A DNA stretch of 64,000 nucleotides from Octopus sinensis (GCF_006345805.1 NC_043018.1:8618001-8682000); one strand, 5' to 3'; counted from the first letter of the stretch, positions 22,834-37,113 are shown. A program made the numbers and translations. The notes: generated by a model from the letters alone, not told the origin.

Positions 22834-22855
22834 ACTTGGAGCTGATGGATTTTAG
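22834..22855 (+). CDS. Candidate 22-nt second exon (DLELMDF + AG) in frame with 22615-22684
   Basis: Long pyrimidine tract then ttttacag|ACTTGGAGCTGATGGATTTTAG|gtagga. Phase-compatible with the preceding exon. Confidence 0.45.
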
Positions 22856-23356
22856 GTAGGAAATCGCTTCGAACTATAAACGATTCATAAACCTGATCAA
22901 CATCGGATACATTCTCCTTTCCATTTATGATCACCTTCGTTTCCTTATCTTCCCTCCTGTCATCTATCAAAACCCCTTTAATTAAGGTTAGCAAGGTGCT
23001 TCAATTAACTCTTTATAACCAACGGGAATATTTTATGAAACTGAATCCTAGATTTCTCTTCTTTCCTGACAAATACCAATTATTAGGACACTTCTCTTAC
23101 CGTATCACAAAATTACAAAAGAAATAGAAATTTTATTTCAGTCTTTGAAATATAAATATATTTAAAAAAAAAATGCTATGTGAGAAATAAGTTAATATTA
23201 ACGATACACGAAGAATTCGTACTAATTCGATATTACACTGAGAAGTATATATTTTAAATGAATAATTACATTATAGACAGTGTAAATCGAAAAATTATTT
23301 CAAAATAAAATATTTATTACTTTTATGTCCAGCTTCTAATAATAATCTCTCTTATA

Positions 23357-23489
<133 letters not shown>

Positions 23490-23799
23490 TCACACCAAAT
23501 TTAAAATTGTAAATTAATATTTACACTGGATACAGTTTTAAGTATATGTAAAAGAAATGTTTCACATAAATTGTTTTTACTTTTCTGTTCAGGAAACAAT
23601 ATAAACTCTTGGTTTCAGTTTCGCTGTAACCGATTATACACTCCCTGTGCGCGCATATATATATATATGTGTGTGTGTGTGTATATGTATGTATGTATAA
23701 CGATAATTATGGTCGGTCTATGGAGTTATATATATATATATATATTCATAGAAAGAAATTTATTTCGTTCATGCATCCAAAGTAATCGGTACATCTCTG

Positions 23800-23852
<53 letters not shown>

Positions 23853-25391
23853 CATGTATGAAGTACCGATCAAGCATTGCGATCGATTTAGTATTCCTAA
23901 AACATTCTAGATCTGAGTGGAATTATAATACGAGTATTCTTTTTTCCTCTCTCTTTCTCTCTCTCGTTTGTGCATCGAAACCCGTGTATAAAAATAAAAA
24001 TTCCTTTCTGTCTCCTGTTATTATATTAATTACATTCCATTAAAAATAACTGGTGGACCGACGAAATCTATTCTCCCCGTGTGGGGCGTTAGACATGCTA
24101 GAAAAAGCAGCAACCGAGTCGCCCTGGAAGTACACACCCTACTAAGGATATATATTGGGCAGACACTGTAGACCGTTATATTATAATAAAGACAGTGTTC
24201 CTGGTTGGAACGTCTTTGATCAGAGATATGTTCGATTTAGAGCTGATTGAAAGAGGTTGGTGGTGGTAGTGCTTATAAAGCCGGAGAAAGGCATTCTCTA
24301 TTTAATTTAAAATCAAATGGCACCATCGTGTTTGAGAGTCACGAACATAATTGATGATTTTTTACCTAGACGCAAGGTCCCAAAGTTGAAGCAGTGGGGG
24401 GAACCGCTCACAGCTACCCTTATAATTGATTGCTACTTTATAATAATGATTTTACACTTTGATCTTAGCCAAAAGGCCGAGAATAATGATTTGTTTCCCA
24501 CAAGAGTCTCAGATGATGGGGACATTAAAAATATAATTTACACAATTTCTGTTGGGGCTTACATAAGATGAAGGCAAAGAAAGGGGAAAATAGGGTGAAA
24601 TGAGATAAAAGTATAATAATAATTCTTTCTACTATATGCATAGGACCAGTAGGTTTTTTTTTTGTAGGGGGTGGGGATAATTCGATTACATTGATTCCAG
24701 TACTTGACTGATATTTTATTGACCCCGAAAGGATGTCGATCTCGATGGATTTTGAACTCAGAACGTAATCGGACGAAATGTCACTAAACATTTTTTTCGG
24801 CGTGCTGAATGTTCTGTCAGCTCGCTTAATAATGATAATGGTTTTTAATTTAGCAGTGATTTGGAGGGGAGTTAGATAATATCTTCGACTCTGGTGTTTG
24901 GCTGGTATCTTATTTTATCAATCCCGAAAGGACGAAAGGCAAAGTTAATCTTGGAATATAAAGAATCGGAACAAATACCGCAAGGCATTTTCCCGTTGTT
25001 CTGACAATCCCATCAGTACTCAAGTTTTGAGGGGAGTCTGTTAGACTGCCAGTACTGGCCTGGTACACTTTATTTTATAGACCTCGGTGGGAAGAAAGGC
25101 AAAGTTGGCTTCGGCCGGACTTGAACCAATCACAGTGCCCCATTGGAATGCATTTTTATTACAAAAGGTTGTATGTGATATATATGCAATAGGGTGTGTG
25201 TGTGTGGTTACATTCACAATAAATGAGGAAGGAGTCTTTACACCCTGCAAATCAAGGTGCGTTGCTATCTCAGGGGTACCCCTTAGTCTTCAAATGGTTA
25301 GCTTTTAGGCCGTTTTGAAAAAACGTTATAATTAATTGATTTTAAAGTAATTTTATTTCATGGTAATTTCTACTTTTATTTTCTCCTGAAG

Positions 25392-25603
25392 TCTGTGCTG
25401 TTGTGTTCGTGTGTTCGATCGGAGTCGCTTCTCGGAAGAAGAACCGAGCGAGGCAATGTGTTGTTCAATGCCAATCTCACTCCATTATTAGTAGAAGTAG
25501 CAGCAGCCGGCACTTGGTGTATAATTCCAACATACCAGGCTCTATAATATAAACAAAAGATTATATAATGGTATAATGTCTTCGTGGATGGTTGGGATGG
25601 GGG
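25392..25603 (+). other. Candidate exon (mostly UTR) ending ATG TCT TCG TGG ATG GTT GGG ATG GGG G at donor GTAAGG
   Basis: Acceptor ttttattttctcctgaag at 25391 and donor at 25604. The frame from the acceptor hits a stop, so it is coding only from ATG 25576 if at all. Confidence 0.25.
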
Positions 25604-26308
25604 GTAAGGAACCTATTAATTAATAATTATAATTAATTAATGTATTGTTTGTTCATCTCGTCTTGTTGGACTGGGAAGGCGGCAATTGGCAGAATCGTTA
25701 CACCGTCGGATAGCGAGCTCCAGCTCCGGCTCTCTGCGTTCTGAGTTCGAGTTCCACCCAGGCTCAGTTTTGTCTTTCACCCGTTTGGGTCCGATAAACA
25801 CAAAGTATTAGTACCGAGGGTCTATTTTTTTCTTCTTCTTCTTCTTGTCATGTCTAATCTTGTTACATTGTGTCACGCTAATACAGTTTGAGAATTGCGA
25901 TGAGGGTAACACAGGTCTGCGGAATATTCAGCCACTTGCGTATTAATTTCGAGTGTACTAATCCTGTTAATTGAATGTCCTAATGCTCCTCGTCGTGAAC
26001 CGACGGAGAGACCGACATAACTGTAGACTTACATGTGATTACGGAGACCGACATCTAACAGACACCGGTGACTGCGGCAGGAACACAACGTGACAGTTGT
26101 TAGCGGCGGGACAAATGTCGTTCAGTGACGTTTCTCTCTCCTTGTGTCACCAACGGCTCGCGGACCATTAAAAAGGCTAGAAGTAGCAGTCAAATCTCCT
26201 GTACCTTTCCGTCTTCAGTGGTAGCCTCTATGTGTGTGTGTTAAAGTTTGACTCAGCTCCGCGAGTGCTACTTTCTTCCATTGTTCACTCATGTGTATAT
26301 GTGTGTGC

Positions 26309-26372
<64 letters not shown>

Positions 26373-27208
26373 ATATACATACATACATGCATACAAAACG
26401 GGCTTTTTTAGTTTCTGCCTACCAAATTCACTCATAAGGCTTTGGTTGGCCCAACGCTAGAGAAGACACTTGCCCAATGTGCCATGCAGTGGGACTGAAC
26501 CCGGAACCATGCGGTTTTGAAGCAAGCTTCTTACTACACAGCCACATGCACACACATTGTGTGTGTATGTGTTTGTACACATACACATATATATATATGT
26601 AATCGCCTTAGTGTCTACTTTTTCCTGATAATATGGGTCGGAGGGAGTTTATTGAGGCAGACTTTCTGCGACAGGATGCTCTTCCTGTCGCCAATCCTTT
26701 CCTATTTCCAAGTAAGGTGCTGTTCCTCCATCGCCAGACAGGTTTTCGCAAAGAAAGTAAGTGACTGATATTCATTTACAACAACCATGCGATGTCAAGA
26801 CAAAGAGACACGAACACACACACGTCAAACGATGGCGATGTTGTCCTGCTCATGCCAGCAGAGAAAACGGACATTAAATGATGATGATGATTATATGCGA
26901 TGGGATTCTCTCAGTTTTCACCTGCCAAATCCATGCACAAGGCATTTGTTGGTCTGGGGCTATAAGCAGAAGACATTTGCCCAAGGTGTTGTTATGCAGT
27001 GAACCTGAACCTGAAGCCATGTGGTTGGGAAGCAAATTGCTTACCACTCAGCCATGCCTTTATACACACACACGCACGCGCACACACGATGTCAAAGAAT
27101 AGAGCCATTCTAAGTTCAAGTAACACTAGAACTGTACTCATATCGTATTTCAATGCAAACTCTGCTGTCATGTACCCTGAGATATTGTGACCCCTCACCT
27201 AGAATATA

Positions 27209-28506
27209 CGGGGTGTTTCAAAAGATTTAATATACTTTGAGATGTAAGTATCACAGAAACTAAAAAAGTCAAAGCAAATGAAACTAAACAGGATTAATTA
27301 TATTGAGCAACATAGGATTTATTCCTCCAAATTTGAATGAGAAAATCAAAGGTATGTGGATTCCATGAACATAAGAGAACCATCCGTTGCCAGCGCCGCC
27401 CTGAAGCAGACCATCCGATCATCCGTTGCCAGCGCACGCCCATGACTGGCCGTTGCCAGCCTCACCTGGCCTCCGTGCCAGTGGCACATAAAAAGCACCA
27501 TCCGATCATGGCCGTTGCCAGCCTCACCTGGCCTCCGTGCCAGTGGCACATAAAAAGCACCATCCGATTATGGCCGTTTGCCAGCCTCGTCTGGCACCTG
27601 TGCCGGTGGCACATAAAAAGCACCCACTACACTCACGGAGTGGTTGGCATTAGGAAGGGCATCAAGCCGTAGAAACATTGCCAGATCAGACTGGGTCTGG
27701 TGCAGCCTCCTGGCTTTCCAGACCTCAGTTGCACCGTCCAACCCATGCCAGCATGGAAAGCGGACGCTAAACGATGATGATGATTTCACAAATGTCCAGT
27801 ATGCACACCGCCTGAGACACGGCACACGTCAAGTCGGTAGTCCAGCTCCTCCCAAACAAACTGCAGCATGTCTTGGGTAACAGTCTCCAGTGCGGTAGTG
27901 ATTTTCTGCTCGAGTTCCTCTGGGTTTGCAGGAAGAGGGAGGACATAGACCAGGTCCTTCACATAGCCCCATGTTTGCACTTGTCATCTGCCGTTATGGC
28001 CTGAACGAGCTGCAGCTTGTAGGGTTTCGTTGGCAAGTGTTTCCTCAGGACGTGCCAAACTGTTGTTGGAGGAATCTGGGGTTCCAGACTTGTTCTTACG
28101 GACTTCTTGGGGCTTTGCATGAGTTTTTGGTGAACCCACTCAACTGTCTCTTCTGATGTTAGTGGTCGTCCAGATCCTTTTGCCCTGCACAGACAGCCTC
28201 CTTCTTTGAATTTTTTGCGCCATGTCCAAATCTGCATTGCCGTTGGTGACTTTTTGAGAACTCTCTCATGCACACTGCACAGTCTGTTCAACTGTGTTCG
28301 AGCATACTCCAACACACAAAACACCTTTTCTCTTCCAATATTTCCAGTAAATGCCATTTCTATACCTGATAAGATAAACATATCAAACATTAAACATGAA
28401 ATTTTGACCTATTTCTACACATGATGTTAAAGTTTGAAGTCATTTGAACAAAAACTGGCAAAGTTATTAGATTGCGAAATCATATCAAATTTTTTGAAGC
28501 ACCCTG
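27209..28506 (-). mobile_element. Internally deleted Tc1/mariner (DD37D/maT-like) transposon with SINE C inserted
   Basis: TIRs CGGGGTGTTTCAAAAGATTT / AAATTTTTTGAAGCACCCTG, TA at both ends. HTH region (GSGRP..SPKKS.R..YKLQLVQ) is fused to the C-terminus WGYVKDLVY; the catalytic core is missing. Confidence 0.88.
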
Positions 28507-29134
28507 TACTTTAAGAAAAACTTATCTTATACTTGAATCCTTGGTTTGCTTCATCCACCCACATGGGTAAAATCTGGAACAAAAAGCTGCATAGGAATGA
28601 ATGTCTACCTTGGATGAATGTGTACAGCAACTGAATCAACTAAACGTGCGTAAAAGCTGTATCAAAGGACACTAGGATACCTATTTCTTTATTACCCACA
28701 AGGGGCTAAACATAGAGGGGACAGAGATAGGTATTAAGTCGATTAGTTCAACCCCAGTGCGTAACTGGTACTTAATTTATCGACCCCGAAAGGATGAAAA
28801 GCAAAGTCGATCTCGGCGGAATTTGAACTCACAATGTAACAACAGACGAAATACGGCTACACATTTCGCCCAGCGTGCTAACGTTTCTGCCAGCTTGCTG
28901 CCTTGATACCTGTCCAACAGAAACCTGTGTCGGATTGGAATTTTATAAGAATGATACTGTAATAAATAATTCCTGCAGATGTATAATCTTCCATTCTTCT
29001 ATGATGGTCATGGCTGGTGGACTTTAACTATAGATCTGCTCTGTTAACTACCTTTCTGGTCAAAATGCACAAAGAACCTCTTTCATTGCAAATTCTTCAA
29101 ATGTCTTAGGATTACCCACTTGGAGTTTGTTTAA

Positions 29135-29349
29135 CCCTTTTGATACCAACCCAGCTGAAACTGGCTCTGTAGTACAAATGTCTTGTTTTCATAAGTTTTG
29201 AATTAAAATCTTCCACCAAACCTTAGTCACAATTTATGTTCCTAAAACTAGCTGAATGATACTAAGTTATTTTACTAAATTCTTTGTTATATTTAAAATT
29301 AATTGAATGAAACACAGATCATCTCAAAATAAATACAGTAACAAAAGGG
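29135..29349. mobile_element. piggyBac-type MITE (variant 1)
   Basis: TTAA TSD at 29131-34 and 29350-53. Colinear with 939-1158. Confidence 0.85.
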
Positions 29350-30733
29350 TTAAAGGACTTCTTTAGGATGATCCTGTTTGTCATTCAGTAAATCGACATG
29401 GAAAATATGGGCAACTGCTTGATCCACGTGAAGCGTATGTTGATTCATTTATTTCAGAACTATGCCTTTTCGGGGTGGTGGTAATTGTTTTTGCTGGTGG
29501 AGCAGGTTCTGTGTTAATCGTTTAGCATTCAGATTACTCAGTCAAATGTAATAATTATTTATTTACATTGTTTCAGATTAATAAAGCATAATCTCGTAGC
29601 TTCAATGGTGTGACTGTTTGTGTTTAGGATGACATTGCAGGGTATGTGTGAGAGGCCAGATCTGACCAGTTTGAACATAAAACGGGTAGAATATTTGGGG
29701 CTGGGTATGGCTGGTTTAAATGCTGAAGGGTTACCTCTTAGTTGTTGGGTTATCTTTGTAAATGAACAACACAGAGCTGTGTGTAGGAAATGCTTCAGAT
29801 GTTTTTGTAATGCAGAGTTCACGATTCAATCCTTCTTATACCGAGTGAGGTTGCACACACACACACACACATACACACACACACACACACACACCTACAC
29901 CTTATTCTGTGAGAATTGAAAACGTGGCCAACAAATTGCTGTCATCATCATCATCATTCAGTATCTGTTTTCCTTGATGGCATGGATTGCTGGTGAGGAA
30001 CAGGGCTACTCCAAGCTCTGTTTGGGTTTCATTAGCTGGATGCCTTTCCTAATGCCAGTGTGGCTTAGCGGTTAGGGTGTTGGACTCCTGATCGTAAGAT
30101 TGTGATTTCGATTCCTGGTCCAGGCAATGTGTTGTGTTCTTGAGCAAAACACTTCATTTCATGCTGCTCCAATCCTCTCAGGTGCCAAAAATGAGTAATT
30201 CTGTGACAGACTAGCGTCCTGTCCAGGTGGGGAATATATACGACATGAAATCAGGAATCCAGCCCTTAAGAGTCCGTATGACTTGAGAAGATAAATTTAC
30301 CCTTTTTTTTACCTTCCTAATGCTCACCCCTTTACAGAGTGTACTGGGTGTTTTTACATGGCACCAGCCCCAGTGAGATCAGTATGTAAGGTTGCAAGGT
30401 AAGACCTTTTCAACTGAGGGTTATCTATTAAGGGAGGTGGCTTTATGCCAGGTGATTAAAAATAAAATAATGTCAAATATTGTTTCACTTTCCTTTCATT
30501 CATTTCCAAGTATTTTTTCCAATTTCCAAGAAATCACAAAACTTCCTGCTTTGTACATACTTCTGTCTCTCGCACATAGACAGGTACATGCAGTTCACGC
30601 CCCCACACATCCATAAAACTTTTCACTCTGTACATATAGTACCTGTCTTGTTTTCTCTCTTCCGTTACTCCTTGTTACTTTGCCTCTTCTCACTTAGTCT
30701 CTCTGTTTTCAATCCCTATTTTCTCTCTCTCCC

Positions 30734-30769
<36 letters not shown>

Positions 30770-32342
30770 TCACTCTTCCTCTCTCTCTCAAAAGTCAGAG
30801 AAAATAAATATACAAATACATATTGGTGGATTGCCTTACTGGGTGATCTTTTTGTCTTGTGGTTTGTCCATCATCAGTGGTTGACATTAGGAAAGACCTC
30901 CAGCTGTAGAGACCATGCCAAAGCAGCCAGTGGAGCCTGATGCAGCTCTCTAGCTTGTGCTAGATCCGTTCAAACTGTCCAGCCCATGCCAACATTGAAA
31001 AAAAACGAATGTTAAATCATTATCATTATCGTTTAACGTCCGCTTTCCATGCTAGTATATGTTGGACGGTTCGACTGGGGTCTGGGAAGCCAGGAGGTTG
31101 CACCAGGCTCCAATCTGATCTGGCAGTGTTTCTACAGCTGGATGCCCTTCCTAACATCAACCACTCCGTGAGTGTAGTGGGTGCTTTTTACGTGCCACCA
31201 GCACAGGTGCCAGGGGAGGCTGGCAATGGTCATGATTGGTTGGTGCTTTTTACATGCCACCGGCAGGGGTGCCAGGGGAGGCTGGCAATGGCCACGATCG
31301 GTTGGTGCTTTTTACATGCCACCGGCACGGAGGCCTGTCGAGGCAGTGCTGGCAATGGCCACGTTTGGATGGGTCTTTTACGTGCCACCGACACTGGTAT
31401 CACAATGTGTTTCATCGAGTTCTCTGTCCTTGTCACATCTCATCTAATTGATAGCTTCACTAATAAAAGGAAAGGAGAAATCCAACGGGGTGGGATGGGT
31501 CTACACAAATCTCGCTTTTAGCACCCTACCATCTTAAAAACTTATGGAAGGTCATACAAGAATACACTTGACACTGTCATCATTTAACATCTGTTTCCCA
31601 TGCTGGTATGGGTTGGATGGTTCAACAGGAAGCTGGCAAACCGAAGGATTGCACCAAACTCCAGTATCTGCTTTGGCATGGTTTCTATGGCCGGATGCCC
31701 TTCCTAATGTCAACTGCATTACAGAATGTACTGGATGCTTTTTTACGTGGCTCCAACACCAGTGAGGTTACCAGGTAAATTATGAGACAAAACCCCCTCA
31801 AATGAGATGGGGGTGTAGTTTTGAGGAAGGTGGCTTTATCCTTGCTGGTGAAAAATTAAAGTATGACAGAGGGACAGAAACGGGTGTCTTGGTGTAGACG
31901 AGATACACAACTGCCATAGTTGGAAAAGAAGGAGGACGGTGGTGAGGACCTTATCAGGGTGCATCCACAGATTACACTTCTCTGCTGTCCTTATTGACAT
32001 TTTGTTTTTTCTGGACTTAAAGGGACTGGACTGTCATCCTCTTGACTCGGGATTCTGAACCTGACCATCATTTTGGGAGTGGAATTTGAGGTCATTTTGC
32101 CACTACTGCATTTTTATGGTTTAAGAGCGGAATAGTAACTCTTTACTCTTTTACTTGTTTCAGTCATTTGACTGCGGCCATGCTGGAGCACCACCTTTAG
32201 TCGAGCAAATCGACCCCAGGACTTATTCTTTGTAAGCCTAGTACTTATTCTATCGGTCTCTTTTGCCGAACCGCTAAGTTACGGGGACGTAAACACACCA
32301 GCATCGGTTGTCAAGCGATTTTGGGGGGACAAACACAGACAC

Positions 32343-32402
<60 letters not shown>

Positions 32403-33259
32403 CACATGACAGGTTTCTTTCAGTTTCCGTCTACCAAATCCACTCACAAGGCTTTGGTCGGCTCAAGGCTACAGTAGAAGACACTTGCCCAAGGTGCCAT
32501 GCAGTGGGACTGAACCCGGAACCATGTGGTTGGCAAGCAAGCTACTTACCACACAGCCACTTCTACACCTAACTCTATTTAGTGCTGGGTCAACTCTGAT
32601 TAAGCCAACCTTGCAATCAAAGGCATTCTCGCCATGGTTATTTAATTAAAAGTATTGTTGTATTATCTCATGACTACATTATGCAATGTGGTTACCTTTT
32701 TCAAGATGTACAGTGTAATCTAAGAGAGATTTGGCTGTTATTTCTGGTAGGTTGAACAGTTATTGTAAAGGTTTTTTGTATGTCTCTGTGAACTGCTTCA
32801 GTTCCTAGGTCTGTCTGTGTGTCTTTAATACTAATTGTCATACTTACATCATCATCGTCATCATCTAACATCCATGCTCTGTGCTGGCCTGGATCGAACA
32901 GTTTGACAGGATCCAATAAGCCCACGGACTGCGTTGTGCTCCAGTGTCTACTTTGACATGGTTTCTGCTGCTGGATGCCTGTTCTAACACCAACCATTTT
33001 ACAGTGTGTACCAGGTGCTTTTTTTCATGCCACCTGCATTAACGAGGTTGCCATGCTGCTTTGCAAGACTACAAACCATGGGTAGAGAGGGGTAACTTAA
33101 TGCTAGGAAAATAAAGAACTGAGAGGGGTAAAGTATGAGAGAAAAAGGGCTGGGGCCAAGCAGGTTTCTTACTGTAGAGCAGGTGTACTCAACCAGGATC
33201 CATATAAAACTTTTGGGGCCCATGCAAGTAAATTATTAAATTGGGGATCCACAGTAACA

Positions 33260-33825
33260 TTGGGTTGTCTGGAAAATTTGTGCCGATTTTTAAAGGAAAG
33301 AAAAAGGTCAATAAATACTTGCCATTACATTTTTAATCAACCAAATATGAACCATTTTGTTGCACAATGCATCTCCATCTTTCCTTTAACTTGAAAATAC
33401 CCTCTTCCCAGAATTGAGGTGGTTTCATGTCAAAGAATTCATCACGGTATCTTTATACGTCATCCAAGGAATTGAAATTTTTACCATTAAGACTATTCTG
33501 CAGAGACCTGAATAAGTGGAAATCTGAAGGAGCAATATCTGGTGAATATGGAGGGTGGGGTAACACATCCCAACCGAGCTGCAGCAATTTTTGTCTGGTT
33601 CCCAAAGCATCAAGTGCTGAAAATGAACTTTCTTATCTTCCATTTTAAAGGGTTACAAAATTAACACAGGTTATAGCAACATAAATCTTCTTCCATGAAA
33701 AGATAGCTTAAACTGTGCTCTAAATGGAGGTGTAGTCAGATCCTATTTTATGGACTCAATCATGTTCTAAAATTAGTCGAAATGTAAGCTACTATAAATC
33801 AGCACAAACTTTCCAGACAACCCAA
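33260..33825 (-). mobile_element. Deleted mariner (DD34D) element
   Basis: TIRs TTGGGTTGTCTGGAAAATTTGTGCCGATTT / AAATCAGCACAAACTTTCCAGACAACCCAA. Minus-strand remnant HPPYSPDIAPSDFHLFRSLQNSL. Confidence 0.88.
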
Positions 33826-34166
33826 TATTTTAAGAGCTCATGAAAAAATTTTTGCTTTCAATGTATTTATTGTAAGTTTTTTTTTCTCTCTGATATTTTA
33901 CGTTGATCAACATGTTTCTGGCCCCTGAAACCGGTTCTCTCAGATTTGTATTGCGAATCTATGCAAAGGAACTTGTAAGAAGCAAAATAGGAATTTTGAA
34001 AGAAGTGTCAGTAAAACTAGTTTTCAAACATTGAAGAGCTATGGGGGTCCACAAGAATAAAAATTATGACCAAAGGAATCCATTGGCAAAAATTGGTTGA
34101 GAAACCCAGCTGTAAACAAACTACATGGCTACTCACATTTTAGGGAGAAGGGGTGGAGCTAAAAAG

Positions 34167-34199
<33 letters not shown>

Positions 34200-35445
34200 C
34201 GTAGGAGTGGCTGTGTGGTAAGTAGCTTGCTTACGAACCACATGGTTCCAGGTTCAGTCCCACTGCGTGGTACCTTGGGTAAGTGTCTTCTACTATAGCC
34301 TCGGGCCAACCAAAGCCTTGTGAGTGGATTTGGTAGACGGAAACTGAAAGAAGCCTGTCGTATATATGTATATATATGTGTATGTGTGTGTGTGTGTGTG
34401 TTTGTGTCTGTGTTTGTCCCCCCCAACATTGCTTGACAACCGATGCTGGTGTGTTTACGTCCTCGTAACTTAGCGGTTCGGCAAAAAAAAAAAGAGGCCG
34501 ATAGAATAAGTACTAGGCTTACAAAGAATAAGTCCTGGGGTCGATTCGATCGATGAAAGGCGGTGCTCCAGCATGGCCACAGTCACATGACTGAAACAAG
34601 TAAAAGAGTAAAGAGTATATGATTTCTGGTTATCAAATTCACTCATAAAGCATTGGTTGACTAGGGGCTATAGTACAAGACACTTGGCCCAAATGCTGTG
34701 CAGTGGGACTGAACCTGAAGCCAAGCGGTTTCAAAGCATGCTTCTTAACCATCCAGCTATGTCTGCATCTATATGTATTTGTATATATTCATTCAGAGTT
34801 GAGGGTTTTATTCTGTTACTACCCTTCTACTCTTTCTTATGTGTTTCTTGGACCTAGACACACTGTGAAGCAGTTAGGAAGGGCAGCCAACCACAGAAAT
34901 CATGCCAAAGCAGAGGGAGTTCGACATGGATCTGATGAATACGACGACTGCATTGTGCTCCAGTGTCTGCTTTGGCACGGTTTCTACAGTTTGATGTTCT
35001 TCATACCAGCAACTACTTTACAGCATGTACTGTGAGCTTTTCTGTGCCACCAGCACCAGTGTGGTCACTATGTAACTCTCAAGACTAAGATCTTTGACTA
35101 AGTGGGACTATAGTAGAGAGGGAGGCAGTTTTTTGTTGAGATGAAGGATTCATGTTACGGCTGTATGCTATGAGATAAGGTTTATATACTAATATTTCAT
35201 CATCATCATCGTTTAACGTCCGTTTTCCATACTAGCATGGGTTGGACGGTTCAACTGGGGTCTGGGAAGCCAGGAGGCTGCACCAGGCTCCAGTCTGATC
35301 TGGCAGTGTTTCTACAGCTGGATGCCTTTCCTAATGCCAACCACTCCGTGAGAGTAGTGGGTGCTTTTTATGTGCCACCAGCACAGGTGCCAGGGGAGGC
35401 TGGCAAACGGCCACGATTGGTTGGTGCTTTTTACGTGCCACTGGC

Positions 35446-35477
<32 letters not shown>

Positions 35478-35902
35478 TTGGTATGTTATTTAATGTTGCT
35501 GTAAATATAAATCTGATCCTTTCTCACACTTTATGGCTTAAGTAATGGGAGAAAAAACCTGAATTCAGTGAATACAACAGACTATTCCAGAAGCTGTGAT
35601 CCTAATAAAACTTGTTAGATAATGAAAGACAACAGAATTACCATCGTCGTCTCTTACATCTCTCTCTGTCTCCCACTTCATATCTATATCACATTGTCTG
35701 TTTCTGTCTCAACCACTGTTTCAGAGAGGGAGACAGAGGAAGAGGTATTTCTATTACTATATTTCAAATTTCCATCTTTCTCCATCTGTTTCTTGCGAAA
35801 CAGTAGGGTGTAAGTTTGAGGGAGATTTTTTTTTCTTTTCACCAAATTTAATGTATAATAAGCATTTCAATTTAGGGGTGGAAACTACCTGGAACCTTAG
35901 AA

Positions 35903-36003
35903 CAGTGGTTCCCAACCTGTGGTCTGCAAAGGTAGTACTGGAGTCCGTGGGAAAACATTTAAATAAAAGGGAACCTTGGTAGGGAAAAGATTAGGAACCA
36001 CTG
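35903..36003. mobile_element. 101-bp hAT MITE
   Basis: TIR CAGTGGTTCC / GGAACCACTG. TSD CCTTAGAA / CCTTAGAG (7 of 8). Confidence 0.8.
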
Positions 36004-37113
36004 CCTTAGAGCATACCTTATATAACAGCCCCGGGCGGCCTTTTTGCGAGAAGCGGGCCACGAGACATGGTTCATCGTCAGGCGGGCCGCACTACTAAAG
36101 AAATTGAACAGGGCAATCTTTTATTGACGATTCATTCAGAAAGTCCCGCGGGCCGCACTTTGTTCACGATTAGTATATAACAATTTCGAAAGCAGTAGAT
36201 AATCTATTGCGATCCAATAAATTAGGTTATCGATTCTATTTTATATAAAATATATCGATATGTAATTTTTAAAAAAAATGCTTTATTGGGTTTTTTTTTT
36301 CCTAAATAAAAGTGGGTGAGGGAAAAACTTTGCAGTCTAATTAATTAATTGCACTCCTAGTTTTAATATTGATTTTAATGAAAATTAAAAAAAAAAGCGC
36401 GTGTTATATACATGTTGTTTTATTACAGCGTGTATAATTGCGTGCGTGTGTATAATGCACACACATACACGCATGCATTTATGCTGAATTCCAGCTGAAT
36501 CTGTTTTGAGATCCTTGTTTTGACATAAAGCTAAATATCCCATACTTCTTGTACACAACATATTTATAGATATATATATGCGTGACACACATCTCTCTCT
36601 CTCTCTCTCTAGATTTCTCTGTGTCTGTCTCTCTCTCTCACCAGTAAAGGTGTACTAAGCTCGAATGTTTATATATGGTAGTTCGTGATTGCGTTTACAC
36701 GTGCGCGTATTAATTACAAGCGTCTAAAATTATATCTAACCCTTCTTGTTTCAGTCATCGGATTGTGACCCTCGTGTGTGTATGTCTGTATATATGTATG
36801 TATACGTGTTTACATGTGTGTAGTTCAGTGTATAGAGAAACCGCTAATCTCCTTAAGTGTCTTATGTAACAGAAAACTTAATTGCACTGTAGTACTGTTA
36901 ACTATTGTCAGTGCACTGTTGTCGAGGCTAAAAACAAAACCGACATCTTTCCCATCGTCTGTTTAATAATTCACTTATTCTCTTCTAACATTTCTTCCTG
37001 TCCTTCCTTCTCTGTCTGCATATATTTCAGCTCTGTCATGTGAATCGATCCTCTCTGTTATTCTAGTGTGTGTGTGTGTGTGTGTGTAACCGCGTACGTT
37101 CGTGGTACCTTAC

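Noticed and set aside
22677-22994. 105-aa minus-strand ORF
   Set aside because: Mostly the complement of pyrimidine tracts, with no family match, and it conflicts with the better-supported plus-strand exons.
29366-29433. Plus-strand exon candidate DDPVCHSVNRHGKYGQLLDPREA (and others at 30512, 35728, 56660, 60604)
   Set aside because: Plausible splice signals, but no recognisable homology and no consistent chain to the 22.6 kb exons. Not supportable without RNA data.
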